Of a DNA stretch of 64,000 bases, positions 32,508-41,205 are shown piece by piece. The stretch is from assembly GCA_963777605.1 (NCBI GenBank), contig CAVZRV010000028.1:177412-241411 (forward strand), read 5' to 3'. The stretch is from an uncultured Acidobacteriota bacterium (GTDB taxonomy: Bacteria > Acidobacteriota > UBA6911 > RPQK01 > JAPXNP01). The notes beneath the pieces were generated by a model. It was not told the DNA's origin and made no database searches. It saw only the letters and a program-made list of their open reading frames with translations. A program made the translations under genes and the position numbers. How positions within the stretch are numbered: position 1 is the stretch's first letter; every line of letters begins with the position of its first letter.

Positions 32508-33317
32508 TTACTTGGGCCACGATACCGTGGTCATCTCAAGCCGCCACACCGGGCCATTCAAAAACATGGCGCCTTCGAATTTCACGAATGCCGGGACATC
32601 CCCCGAGACAAGCCAGTAGCGAAGGTCCGGCGGGCTCTTTCCGATCAACGAGGCCATCCAGCCGGAGAGCCCGCCAATCTTCAGCTTCACCAGCGAGCGC
32701 ATGGCCTTCATGGGGAGGTCGCCCAGCAGCACCTCGTCCTCTCCCTCCCAGTTCCACTCCATCTCGAGCAGGCGCGGTTCCGGCATGAAGACGGCCAACT
32801 GCACCGTCGCGCCGGCGCCTCCTGGAAGATTCTTCAGGAGTATCAGGGCCATTCCGTTGTAGAGATCGGCCGGCATCTCGAATGTTCCTCCCGCGGTTTT
32901 TGGCTCCTGGTCTTTCTCGGCCTGACTGCGGGCCTGGTATCGCCCGCTCTTGCGATCGAACGATACCTCCATTGTCGGGTAGGATGGTCCGTGCTCTACC
33001 AGACGATAGCCCTCGAGCCTGAAAACTCCTTCCTGCGAGAATGTCGCCGATTCATCGTATAGCGAACCATCCTTGAATCTCAGGATCATGTGGGAATCGA
33101 TGAACTTCCCCGTGGGCTTCTGGCTCAGCTCACCGTAGGCGATCGCTGTCCCGTCCAGCGATCGGAGTACGAGGAAACCCCGAAAATTCCCTTCCAGGAG
33201 GCGGACCGGAATCGGCGCACCTTCGACGGAACCTGACCAGAGCAGGATAGCGATGACGAAAAAGAGTGAAGCCGGCTTTGCATGTATGATCAACCCTGTC
33301 TTGTTAGGATGCCGCAT
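32508..33317 (-). CDS. Exported hypothetical protein
   Basis: Signal-peptide-like N-terminus; RBS before ATG 33317, next to the YihY stop. Confidence 0.7.
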   Translation of the reverse strand: MRHPNKTGLIIHAKPASLFFVIAILLWSGSVEGAPIPVRLLEGNFRGFLVLRSLDGTAIAYGELSQKPTGKFIDSHMILRFKDGSLYDESATFSQEGVFRLEGYRLVEHGPSYPTMEVSFDRKSGRYQARSQAEKDQEPKTAGGTFEMPADLYNGMALILLKNLPGGAGATVQLAVFMPEPRLLEMEWNWEGEDEVLLGDLPMKAMRSLVKLKIGGLSGWMASLIGKSPPDLRYWLVSGDVPAFVKFEGAMFLNGPVWRLEMTTVSWPK

Positions 33318-33318
33318 G

Positions 33319-34239
33319 TTACCCCTTCCTGAAAAATGAGGTTTTACTCGGAACGCGGTCACCTTTCTGTCGCAATTCCTCAAGAAAATAGGCAAACTCG
33401 CCTCCCAAAACGAGAATCATTGAGGAGTAATAGACCCATACGACGAAGATGACCAGAGTGCTGAATGAGCCATAGAAAAGGGAGTACCTGGCGAGATGGA
33501 TGATATACCAGGCGAAGATATGTTTGGCCAACTCCCAGAGCAGACCAGTAAAAAGAGCCGCCTGAAAGATAGTTTCAAAGTGCAAACTCCTATTAGGAAT
33601 GACTTTGTAGACCAAGAAAAAAACGCCACAGGTCGAGACGAGAGGGAGGATGTATTCTAATATCCATTCAAGAATAGGTCCTATCTCCACGAGAATCTGT
33701 CCGCGGTAACTTTGGAGGAAACTGGCGAATACGCTAATACTCATACTTACAACGAAGAGAGATCCAGCCAGGAGAATCATGAGCAGATCAATGCCGATTG
33801 CGTGCAGAAATTTCCGGCTCTTCTCCACGCTGAACACGATATTGAGAGCGATCCGCAGCGAGCCGAAGACGAATGTGGAAAACCAGACTAGGACTACAAA
33901 CCCTAAGACCCCAACAATCCGACGCTTCTCGATGATGGCCAGCAGGTCTTGCGTAATTCTTGAATCCAGGGCAGGAGATACAATTCTGAGATTTGCGCTA
34001 ATGTGATCGACTACAGCCTGGTCGTTGTAGAGGTAACTCGCAATGAATGCGGATAGAAGCAAGATGAGAGGGATCAGGTTGATCAGGATATTGAAAGCAA
34101 TTCCGGAAGACAGGAAGAAGCCGTTGTCACCGATGAATTTTCCGATAGCCTCCCGCAGGAGCCCGAATTTCCTGAGAAACTGTTCGAGTTGTCTGAATCT
34201 CCCGGCGGCAGTCTCCGCCACTGTGAAGGTGTCTTTCAA
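33319..34239 (-). CDS. YihY/BrkB family membrane protein
   Basis: SSGIAF..L, VYKVIPN, LWELAK..FAWY, YGSF and WVYYSS.ILVLGGE. Confidence 0.9.
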   Translation of the reverse strand: MKDTFTVAETAAGRFRQLEQFLRKFGLLREAIGKFIGDNGFFLSSGIAFNILINLIPLILLLSAFIASYLYNDQAVVDHISANLRIVSPALDSRITQDLLAIIEKRRIVGVLGFVVLVWFSTFVFGSLRIALNIVFSVEKSRKFLHAIGIDLLMILLAGSLFVVSMSISVFASFLQSYRGQILVEIGPILEWILEYILPLVSTCGVFFLVYKVIPNRSLHFETIFQAALFTGLLWELAKHIFAWYIIHLARYSLFYGSFSTLVIFVVWVYYSSMILVLGGEFAYFLEELRQKGDRVPSKTSFFRKG

Positions 34240-34318
34240 TGTGTAACCTCTGATTCACCGTTGGGAGTTGGAACGATCCGGTCATGCAAGGTCAGGAGAT
34301 CCGTATCTTGTTCGTTCC

Positions 34319-35374
34319 CTATTGCTTCGGTCCTCTCAACTTTTCGACCTCCTCATTCCTGGTTCCTTGTCCGAGCAGGACGGCAAACTTTCGTGACTCC
34401 TCATGACTCCCCAGTGCAATCACGACAAGGCTGGTCATGGGCACCGAGAGAACCATGCCCAGTGGTCCCAGTACCCACCCCCAGAAGACCAGGGAAAGAA
34501 AGACAACGAGTGTCGATAATCTCAAGCGCCTGCCCATCAGCTTTGGCTCCAGGAAAATGCTGAAGACGACATTAATCGCCGCAATGCCGAAGAGGGTCAG
34601 AAGGGCGAAGCCCAGCCCGCTCGTAAGAAGAGCGATCAGAAAAGGAGGAAGGGCGGCAATGACGGAGCCGACATTGGGCACATAGTTCAGCAGAAACGCG
34701 AGCGTTCCCCAGAGCACAGGGTAATCAACTCCGAGCAGGAGAAGCCAAAGCCAGATCGCCAGGCCGGTGCCCGCGCTGATCAGAGTCTTGATGACCAGAT
34801 AGCTCTGCGCGTTCCGGCTGAATTGCTCCATCGTGGTGAGATGCCTCTCGGGGTCCGAAAACGCGACTCGCATCTTTTCCGGCAATTCCGCCACCTCCAG
34901 AAGGATGAACACGACCGTAATCAGGATCAGAAACGCATTGGTGAAGACGGCGCTCAGGGTCGAGAAGATGTCTCCTGCAAGGTTCATCACCCATCCCGGG
35001 TGGAAAGCACCGGACAACTCCTCCACTGGAATTTGAATGCCCCTCCTGTGCAATTGACTTATCGTGGCATCGATACCGGTCGTGAGTTGCTCTTGATAGC
35101 CGGGCAGGGAATTCAGGAAATGATTCAGCGAAAGGCTGATCAACGCTCCAAAGGAGAATCCCACAACCAGGATGACCGCCAGAATGGAAGCAAGGGCAAG
35201 GATCTTCGGCACGCCCTTGCTTCGCATCCAGAACAACGGTGGGGCGCAAATGACCGCAATAAAGACCGCCAGAAGAAAGGGAACCAGAATGGGGCTGGCC
35301 GCCTTCATTCCCGCCACCAGGATGACAAAACTGGCCAGGAGTAATGGCAGCGGTATCTTGGCCGTGGGATTCAC
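34319..35374 (-). CDS. AI-2E family transporter
   Basis: AFLLNYVPNVGS, EPKLMG and FWGWVLGPLGMVLSVPMT. Confidence 0.9.
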   Translation of the reverse strand: MNPTAKIPLPLLLASFVILVAGMKAASPILVPFLLAVFIAVICAPPLFWMRSKGVPKILALASILAVILVVGFSFGALISLSLNHFLNSLPGYQEQLTTGIDATISQLHRRGIQIPVEELSGAFHPGWVMNLAGDIFSTLSAVFTNAFLILITVVFILLEVAELPEKMRVAFSDPERHLTTMEQFSRNAQSYLVIKTLISAGTGLAIWLWLLLLGVDYPVLWGTLAFLLNYVPNVGSVIAALPPFLIALLTSGLGFALLTLFGIAAINVVFSIFLEPKLMGRRLRLSTLVVFLSLVFWGWVLGPLGMVLSVPMTSLVVIALGSHEESRKFAVLLGQGTRNEEVEKLRGPKQ

Positions 35375-35460
35375 AATGCCCCCCGTGAAGCCGAACTTGC
35401 TGAGCCGATTCGTCGTGCTGATGCCAACGCCGGCTTCGAAGACTCAATAGGAGGAACTGC

Positions 35461-35697
35461 TCACTTACGCACTGAAGAGCGGGCCTCGTGAGCGGATTCC
35501 TTCAGAGCCGCGGACCACTCGTCAGCCTGCTTTTCGGCTTCCTGCTTCGCAATCCCGTACCGCTCCTGAATTTTTCCCACCAGGTTCTCCTTTTTCCCCG
35601 CGGCCGTCTTGAAGTCATCGTCCGTGAGCTTGCCCCAGCGTTCCCGGGCGGACCCTGCAAACTGTTTCCATTTTCCTTCAATCTGATCCCAGTTCAT
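35461..35697 (-). CDS. CsbD family general stress protein
   Basis: [13 protein letters not shown]...WGKLTDDD...[12 protein letters not shown]. Confidence 0.93.
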   Translation of the reverse strand: MNWDQIEGKWKQFAGSARERWGKLTDDDFKTAAGKKENLVGKIQERYGIAKQEAEKQADEWSAALKESAHEARSSVRK

Positions 35698-35740
35698 GGT
35701 GTTACTTCTTTCGTTAAGTTGAATGACTTATCAATCTTCA

Positions 35741-36400
35741 CTAGATCTCGTATGCTTGGTGATCACGACTCTGATCCGATGCTGCGACCACTGCGACCTC
35801 TTCCTCTTCATCCACCGCAACGTCGGGCAAGGCGCCCTCAGGCGCGGCGGCGATTGTCCTGCCACTCCTGATGTAGTTCACTGCGGCCTCTCCGGTCGAC
35901 GAAATATCCTGTGCTCCCGTCCTCTCCAGGATGTCCTGGGCGCGCTTCGTCCAGTCGGGATTGTCCGAATGGACCGACAGGAGGATTCCGCCTTCCTTCA
36001 CTCGGATTTCATAACGCTTGGCCTGGTGTTCGGGGATCCCGAGGCCGATCAGGGCGCCCGTTATCCCGCCTACTGCGCCGCCCACGCCAATTCCAGCGAG
36101 AGCTGCCATCAGTGGACCGGCTGCGATGACGGGACCTAACCCCGGAATCGCCAGGGCGCCAATGCCCACCAGCCATCCGAGTGTTCCGCCCAGCAGCGCA
36201 CCCGTTCCGGCTCCTGCGACCGCGCCCTCGGGAGCCCGGGTCCCTTTGTCACGGGCGAATTCCTTGGAGCCCGCCCTTTGCGGAAACAGTACGGAGATAT
36301 CCGTGTTTCGGAAGCCAGCCTCCCTCAAGACGTCGACGGCGTTCTCGACGCTCGAGTAATCTTTGTAAATGCCCAGTACGGCAGTCTTTTTGTGAGCCAT
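35741..36400 (-). CDS. General stress membrane protein (DUF3341/YflT-like, glycine zipper)
   Basis: AVD.L..AGF.N.DISVL, GLGPVIAAGPL, GLGIPE and GGILLSVH; AGGAG RBS. Confidence 0.8.
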   Translation of the reverse strand: MAHKKTAVLGIYKDYSSVENAVDVLREAGFRNTDISVLFPQRAGSKEFARDKGTRAPEGAVAGAGTGALLGGTLGWLVGIGALAIPGLGPVIAAGPLMAALAGIGVGGAVGGITGALIGLGIPEHQAKRYEIRVKEGGILLSVHSDNPDWTKRAQDILERTGAQDISSTGEAAVNYIRSGRTIAAAPEGALPDVAVDEEEEVAVVAASDQSRDHQAYEI

Positions 36401-36617
36401 GTTGCAGTCTCCTTTGAGAAGTCTTCTGATTTGTTTGCCCTGCTTGACGCCAACTTCATCATCCGGCCGAAGGCTGCGAGGACCATCGATCGAGCCGGTC
36501 CTGTCGTCCCCGACTTCTGGATCTGATTTCCCGGTTCTCTTCGCCAAGGCTCGCTGGAGCGGTGTCGCAGGTGATTTTGTTCCTCTGTCTTTTTTACTCC
36601 CAGGGGGGCGGCATGTC

Positions 36618-36655
36618 TGTTCGAAGCTGCACAGATACCTGGTCAATATTGATCA
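36618..36655 (-). promoter_or_regulatory. Tandem palindromic operator, copy 8 (stress protein-CsbD genes)
   Basis: TGATCA-ATAT-TGACCA, 6 nt, TGTGCA-GCTT-CGAACA-GAC; TAAAAA at 36596-36591. Confidence 0.8.
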
Positions 36656-36696
36656 GCAGGGGGCGGCTTGGCAGGCCCGGGACGGAGACCGGAGCT

Positions 36697-38172
36697 TCAG
36701 GTCACTCGCTTGAAGTCGATGAATCCGCGTTCCACATCCGTGCGGAGCAGTTGAACGCGGAGCTGGTGCCCGACATCCATTCCGTCAAACCCGTTCACCA
36801 GCTTTCCTTCAATCGGCGGCTGCAGAAGACGGACCCAGGTGCCTTTGTCCGATGCGCCCGTGACGATGGCATCGAAGCGCTCCCCGATTCTTGATTCCAC
36901 CAGTATTGCTGCTGCGGATTTTGTGACCTGTCGTTCAACCTTTTTGGCCACGTCTTCCTCCGCGGTGCAGTGCTTTGCGAGCCCTTCCAGTTCATCGTTC
37001 TCGTAAGGCGCGGGCCGTCCCGCCAATGCCGCTTTCAGCAACCGTTGTGTAATCAGATCGGGGTAGCGGCGGTTCGGGGCGGTGGAGTGAGTATAGTCCT
37101 TCACAGCCAGGCCGAAGTGCCCGGCTGCACTGGTTCCAGGAACGTGGACAATATACTCACCCGGGCCCAGCAATTTGACAACACTGAGCGATAGGTCGGG
37201 AAAGCGGAGAGGATCCCCGGCTTTCGCAGCCACCAGGAATTGCTCCAAGGCCATGGCGGAGGGTTCCCCGGGCAACGTCGAGCCCCGTTCCGCGGCAAGT
37301 TCGATGATCCGGTCCCAGCGTTTAGGTGTGCGCACCACGCGCCGCAGGGATGGAAACGTCCTGGATTCGAGGTATCGTGCCGTGACCCCATTCGCGGCAA
37401 TCATGAAGTCCTCAATGATATCCTTCGCCCGGTTCCGCTCGTCGGCTGCCAGGTCCTTGAGTTTCTCCCCTACAAAGACCGGGCGGGCTTCGATTGTTTC
37501 GAGATTAAGCGCACCGTGGAGGTGGCGGAGCGCTTTGAGACGGTGCGCGAGACGGTCCTGAAGCCGAAGGTTCTCCTCGAGGCCCTGGACGGCACCGATC
37601 TCTCCGGGCATCGGCCCGTGGTCCTCGATCCATGCGGCAACGCTGTTATACGCAAGCTTCGCATGATTGCGGACCGTCGCTCGATAGACGTCTGAACTCT
37701 GAAGTGATCCGTCTCCGGAGAGAACCATTTCAATCACGATGGCCAGCCGGTCTGATTCGTAGTTCAGTGAAGTCAGATCCGTGGAGAGCTTTTCGGGGAG
37801 CATCGGGAATGTCTCGGCAACCGTGTAGACTGAGGTGGTATTTTGCCGCGCATGATCGTCAATTGCTGATCGATTCTTGACGATGGCATCGACGTCGGCA
37901 ACGGCGACCAGGATTTTTGCGGCTCCGTTGGCCATCGATTCGGCAAAGGTCAGTTGATCCAGATCACGCGAGTCATCGTTGTCGATGGAACACCACAGCA
38001 GCTCTCTCAGATCGCGCGTCGATTTCCCGGTTTGCGCCGCCGGTCCGTCGATTTTGTCGAGTTCGGCAAGCGCCGCCGCGGAAAAATCAGGAGCAAGTCC
38101 TTTTTCGAGCATCACCCGATGGGCAATTCTCTGCAGGGTCGAGCGCTGCTGTCCATGGTTCGAGTTCGTCAT
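36697..38172 (-). CDS. RNB-domain ribonuclease (RNase II family)
   Basis: SIDNDDSRDLDQ, PMLPE.LS, IEDFMIAAN, HFGLA and YTHSTAPNRRYPDL. Confidence 0.92.
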   Translation of the reverse strand: MTNSNHGQQRSTLQRIAHRVMLEKGLAPDFSAAALAELDKIDGPAAQTGKSTRDLRELLWCSIDNDDSRDLDQLTFAESMANGAAKILVAVADVDAIVKNRSAIDDHARQNTTSVYTVAETFPMLPEKLSTDLTSLNYESDRLAIVIEMVLSGDGSLQSSDVYRATVRNHAKLAYNSVAAWIEDHGPMPGEIGAVQGLEENLRLQDRLAHRLKALRHLHGALNLETIEARPVFVGEKLKDLAADERNRAKDIIEDFMIAANGVTARYLESRTFPSLRRVVRTPKRWDRIIELAAERGSTLPGEPSAMALEQFLVAAKAGDPLRFPDLSLSVVKLLGPGEYIVHVPGTSAAGHFGLAVKDYTHSTAPNRRYPDLITQRLLKAALAGRPAPYENDELEGLAKHCTAEEDVAKKVERQVTKSAAAILVESRIGERFDAIVTGASDKGTWVRLLQPPIEGKLVNGFDGMDVGHQLRVQLLRTDVERGFIDFKRVT

Positions 38173-38217
38173 ATCGCTAGCTCCGCTCCGGAACGGGAGA
38201 TTTCTCCCGTGCTGTTC

Positions 38218-38255
38218 ATTTCAGAAAGGGACAGCGCTCTGGTCAAAACTGCTCA
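38218..38255 (-). promoter_or_regulatory. Tandem palindromic operator, copy 9 (RNase; proximal site degenerate)
   Basis: TGAGCA-GTTT-TGACCA, 6 nt, TGTCCC-TTTC-TGAAAT; no -10 at the expected position. Confidence 0.5.
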
Positions 38256-39071
38256 GGTCGGTCGTGGGACGAATGTGGCGGTCAGCGGAAGGTCGCTGAC
38301 GGATGAATCGGTGCCGGGAGCGATCCCGGCCTTCGGGGTCTCCGCCACCCCCTTTCGGCAGGAGGCCACAACGGGTTCGGAGATCCGATATTCCACGTTC
38401 TGCGAGTGCATCGTGTAGGGGCCGAGTACCCGGACCGTGGCCGTTACTTCCATATTTGTCTGCAGCCACATGCCGCTCACGTCGCCGTAGAGGAGCGTGA
38501 TGCGCACGTCCCGGAGCCACCATGAGGGAGACTTGGCAGGCTCGGCCCGGATGCGACCGGGCAGGTAGGTAGCGGCATCGATCCAGATGTTTCCTCGGAG
38601 CAGGCTCTTGTCCTCCCGTCGCGGCAGCAACTCGAGTTCGTAGTAGCGCCGGCCGCCTACATCTGCTTCACGGATAAATCTGAAATCGTAATTGTTTGCC
38701 GAAAAGTCGGTCAGGGCGTAATCCTTTGAGATATTGACTTCGCCTGCGAGAGTGCGGCGAACGATGCTCTTCCCCAGGAGCGAGCCGTCCGCCCTCCGGA
38801 TGGCGTACTGCTTGGTGTCCGGGGGAGTAAACGTCACATCGGCAATGACCTGGGCCTTGGATTTCTCTTTGTCCCGGCCAAACAGCCGGTAGTCGCGCGT
38901 AACGGCGTAGGGGCGAAAACAGGCCTGGTTCCCAGCCCGAGCCTCGGCCATTCGGGCGATGATGGTATCGACGCTGGGGATCGCGCTGCCCGCTTGGGCC
39001 GAAACGTCACCCCCGATGACGGCAACCAGGAGGGAACAAAGGATCCAGAATGTGCTTCGCCGCATAGTCAT
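38253..39071 (-). CDS. Exported protein, LolA/RseB-like fold suspected
   Basis: Signal peptide; L.L.PRR....L.G.IWIDA...P.R..A.PAKSPS pattern. Confidence 0.65.
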   Translation of the reverse strand: MTMRRSTFWILCSLLVAVIGGDVSAQAGSAIPSVDTIIARMAEARAGNQACFRPYAVTRDYRLFGRDKEKSKAQVIADVTFTPPDTKQYAIRRADGSLLGKSIVRRTLAGEVNISKDYALTDFSANNYDFRFIREADVGGRRYYELELLPRREDKSLLRGNIWIDAATYLPGRIRAEPAKSPSWWLRDVRITLLYGDVSGMWLQTNMEVTATVRVLGPYTMHSQNVEYRISEPVVASCRKGVAETPKAGIAPGTDSSVSDLPLTATFVPRPT

Positions 39072-39098
39072 TGCCTCTAAGCCTTTCTCACGCTCGCT

Positions 39099-39870
39099 TC
39101 AACGGGAATCCTTCTTGGCAGTTGGCTCATCGACCCAGTATTCCTGGCGATCGTAGTGTCGATGCAGCCTGGTCTCGTAATCCCGATCCAGCAGAGTCTC
39201 CTCCGTGTATTCGGGCGACTGCTTGATGCTCTCACCCGAGAGATTGACGAAGACTGTCGACTCGGCCCAACTCAAGCTCTCGATCCATTGGGGTGAAATC
39301 AGAACCTTCTTCCCCGACCACCAGTTCCGTGTGTTGATGATGAGATAACGAATCGACCACGCCTCGTCATCGATGATGAAATCCTCGACGTGACCAATCT
39401 CGCCGTCTGTAGCTTGAACGTCGTAGTCACTCACCTCGTGAGTGCTCCGCAAATGGGGATCCCATGACTTCTCGCTTTGAGTGCATGCGCTCCACTTTTC
39501 ACGGTCACGCACAATGTTGGGAAAGGGTCCCCACACGTATGAGCCGCCCCAGTACGCCGGGTATCCATAAAACCCGTAGTAGGCTCTCTCGAATTGCTCC
39601 GATACGGGCTTGTCACTGCTCAAGGAAGGACTGTCCTCAATCTGTTTCTTGGTCAAATCGATATCTATGTGTTGCCTTATCCTGACTCACGGCAGTCAAT
39701 GCATACGGGGAAATCAGAACCTGCTTGCCGGTGAGCCAATTGCCTGTGTCGCCAACCAGATAGCGAATCGTCCAGTACTGATCATCGAAGTAGAACTCCT
39801 GGATTTTCCCGATTTCCCCATCAAGGCTGTGCAATGTGTAACCTCGTAGCACCTTCGCTTTGTTCAACAT
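39099..39870 (-). CDS. PRC-barrel domain protein (two barrels; frameshift ~39676)
   Basis: DGEIGKI.EFYFDD..WTIRYLV..TG.WL.G.QVLISP in ORF 39637-39939 and the repeated domain in ORF 39099-39656. Confidence 0.9.
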
Positions 39871-39961
39871 CTTAGGCTTTCCCTCATCTTGCGTTTCCGT
39901 GTCGCCATCCGTCACAATCGTTGCCCACTTGTGAATCATCGCTCATGCGACGAGGCCTGTC

Positions 39962-39999
39962 TGTTCAGTACCGATCACTGTTTTGGTCAATTGTGACCA
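39962..39999 (-). promoter_or_regulatory. Tandem palindromic operator, copy 10 (PRC-barrel gene)
   Basis: TGGTCA-CAAT-TGACCA, 6 nt, TGATCG-GTAC-TGAACA-GAC; GATGAT at 39940-39935. Confidence 0.8.
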
Positions 40000-40062
40000 G
40001 CGGGAAGGTCAGCATGATCACCGCCCGCCGGACAGAGGACTTGGAGTTGATCCACGAAGGTA

Positions 40063-40437
40063 TCAGCCGGGATTCCCTTCGATGCTCTCGGGGGATGAAG
40101 TTTCCACTATTCTGGCCTGGGTGCCCGAATCACCGGTTCTGATGGCAACTTTCACTGCATCTTCCATCGGATCTTTGAAGGGCACTTCGATTCGGAGCAG
40201 GCCGTGTTCATAGGTCGCTTCGGCTTTGACAGGTTTCACCGGCCAACCTAAAGCCAGAGCTGCCACATACTCGACGTCCCTTGCCGGCGCCGTGAGATGG
40301 ATGCTGTCTTCCAGGATCTTCACGTCGACGGTGTCCGTAGGGGCTCCCGGGATGGCGAACTCTACGACCAGTTTGTGGTTCTCCGCGTCTGCATACGCGA
40401 CCGTATTCGGTGCAACCTTGATTCGATATTTCGACAT
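40063..40437 (-). CDS. Hsp20/alpha-crystallin family protein
   Basis: IPG, AEATYEHGLLRIEVP; GGAGG RBS before ATG 40437. Confidence 0.85.
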   Translation of the reverse strand: MSKYRIKVAPNTVAYADAENHKLVVEFAIPGAPTDTVDVKILEDSIHLTAPARDVEYVAALALGWPVKPVKAEATYEHGLLRIEVPFKDPMEDAVKVAIRTGDSGTQARIVETSSPESIEGNPG

Positions 40438-40561
40438 TTTGAATATCCTCCCGTGCGCGCAGAAACCGACGTCTGACTTGACCGCCGATTTGACTGCCAG
40501 ACGCAGTTTCATTCAGTTTACGCTTGCCCGATTCAGTATCGACGACCATCGGGAAAGGTTA

Positions 40562-40599
40562 AGTGCACAATGGCACATCTGACTGTGCACAATTGCACA
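40562..40599 (-). promoter_or_regulatory. Tandem palindromic operator, copy 11 (Hsp20)
   Basis: TGTGCA-ATTG-TGCACA, 6 nt, TGTGCC-ATTG-TGCACT; GATACT at 40540-40535. Confidence 0.7.
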
Positions 40600-40674
40600 C
40601 CATCGTTTAGGCGTGGGTCAGGGGGAAGCGGACGAACGGCGACGAGCCCATCTATGTTCAGCTCAGCGCTGCCG

Positions 40675-41194
40675 CCGCGCCCTCCGCGGATCATCCAGAG
40701 AGTGAAACTGGCCCGGGCGCCTTGGTTTCAGCCCAGGCCTGCCCTCGGCTGGCGCCGGACCATTCAAAGAGGCCTGAAAGTCGCGGCGAATCATAACGCC
40801 GGAGAGCTGTGCCGCCCTATCAGGGCTGGATTCTTGATGGGTGGCCGGAATCCAGGCAAAGCCGGGCGGAAACAGGCCCCCTGGGGCCAATCCGGCGCCA
40901 AGCCGGCAATCATCACTCATCCACGTCTGGCACCTGACCAGGAACCAGGATCCAGCCGATAATCGCAGTCCCTGGCTCTCGCGGATCGCCTAATCCCAGC
41001 AGACCCGTCAAATCACAGGATTTCCAACTGATTGAAATGAAGTTTCAGTTCCGCCGGGCCCCGGGCGGCGCCGGACCGTTCCAGAGGCGAAATGGGTCCG
41101 CAACCCGGGGCGCGGCTTCGCCTTACCCCCGCTCTGTGACGTGCCATTCCACGTTTCAAATGGACCCAGGGTCCAAGCTTCAAATGAAGTTTCA
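40675..41194 (+). mobile_element. Modular non-coding element, locus 3: two tandem units (40686-41047, 41071-41194)
   Basis: Head GCGGATCATCCAGAGAGTGAAACTGG; tails AAATGAAGTTTCA at 41035-41047 and 41182-41194; same two units as locus 1 in swapped order; 11 nt from the P-ATPase stop. Confidence 0.75.
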
Positions 41195-41205
41195 GGTCAG
41201 CCTGC

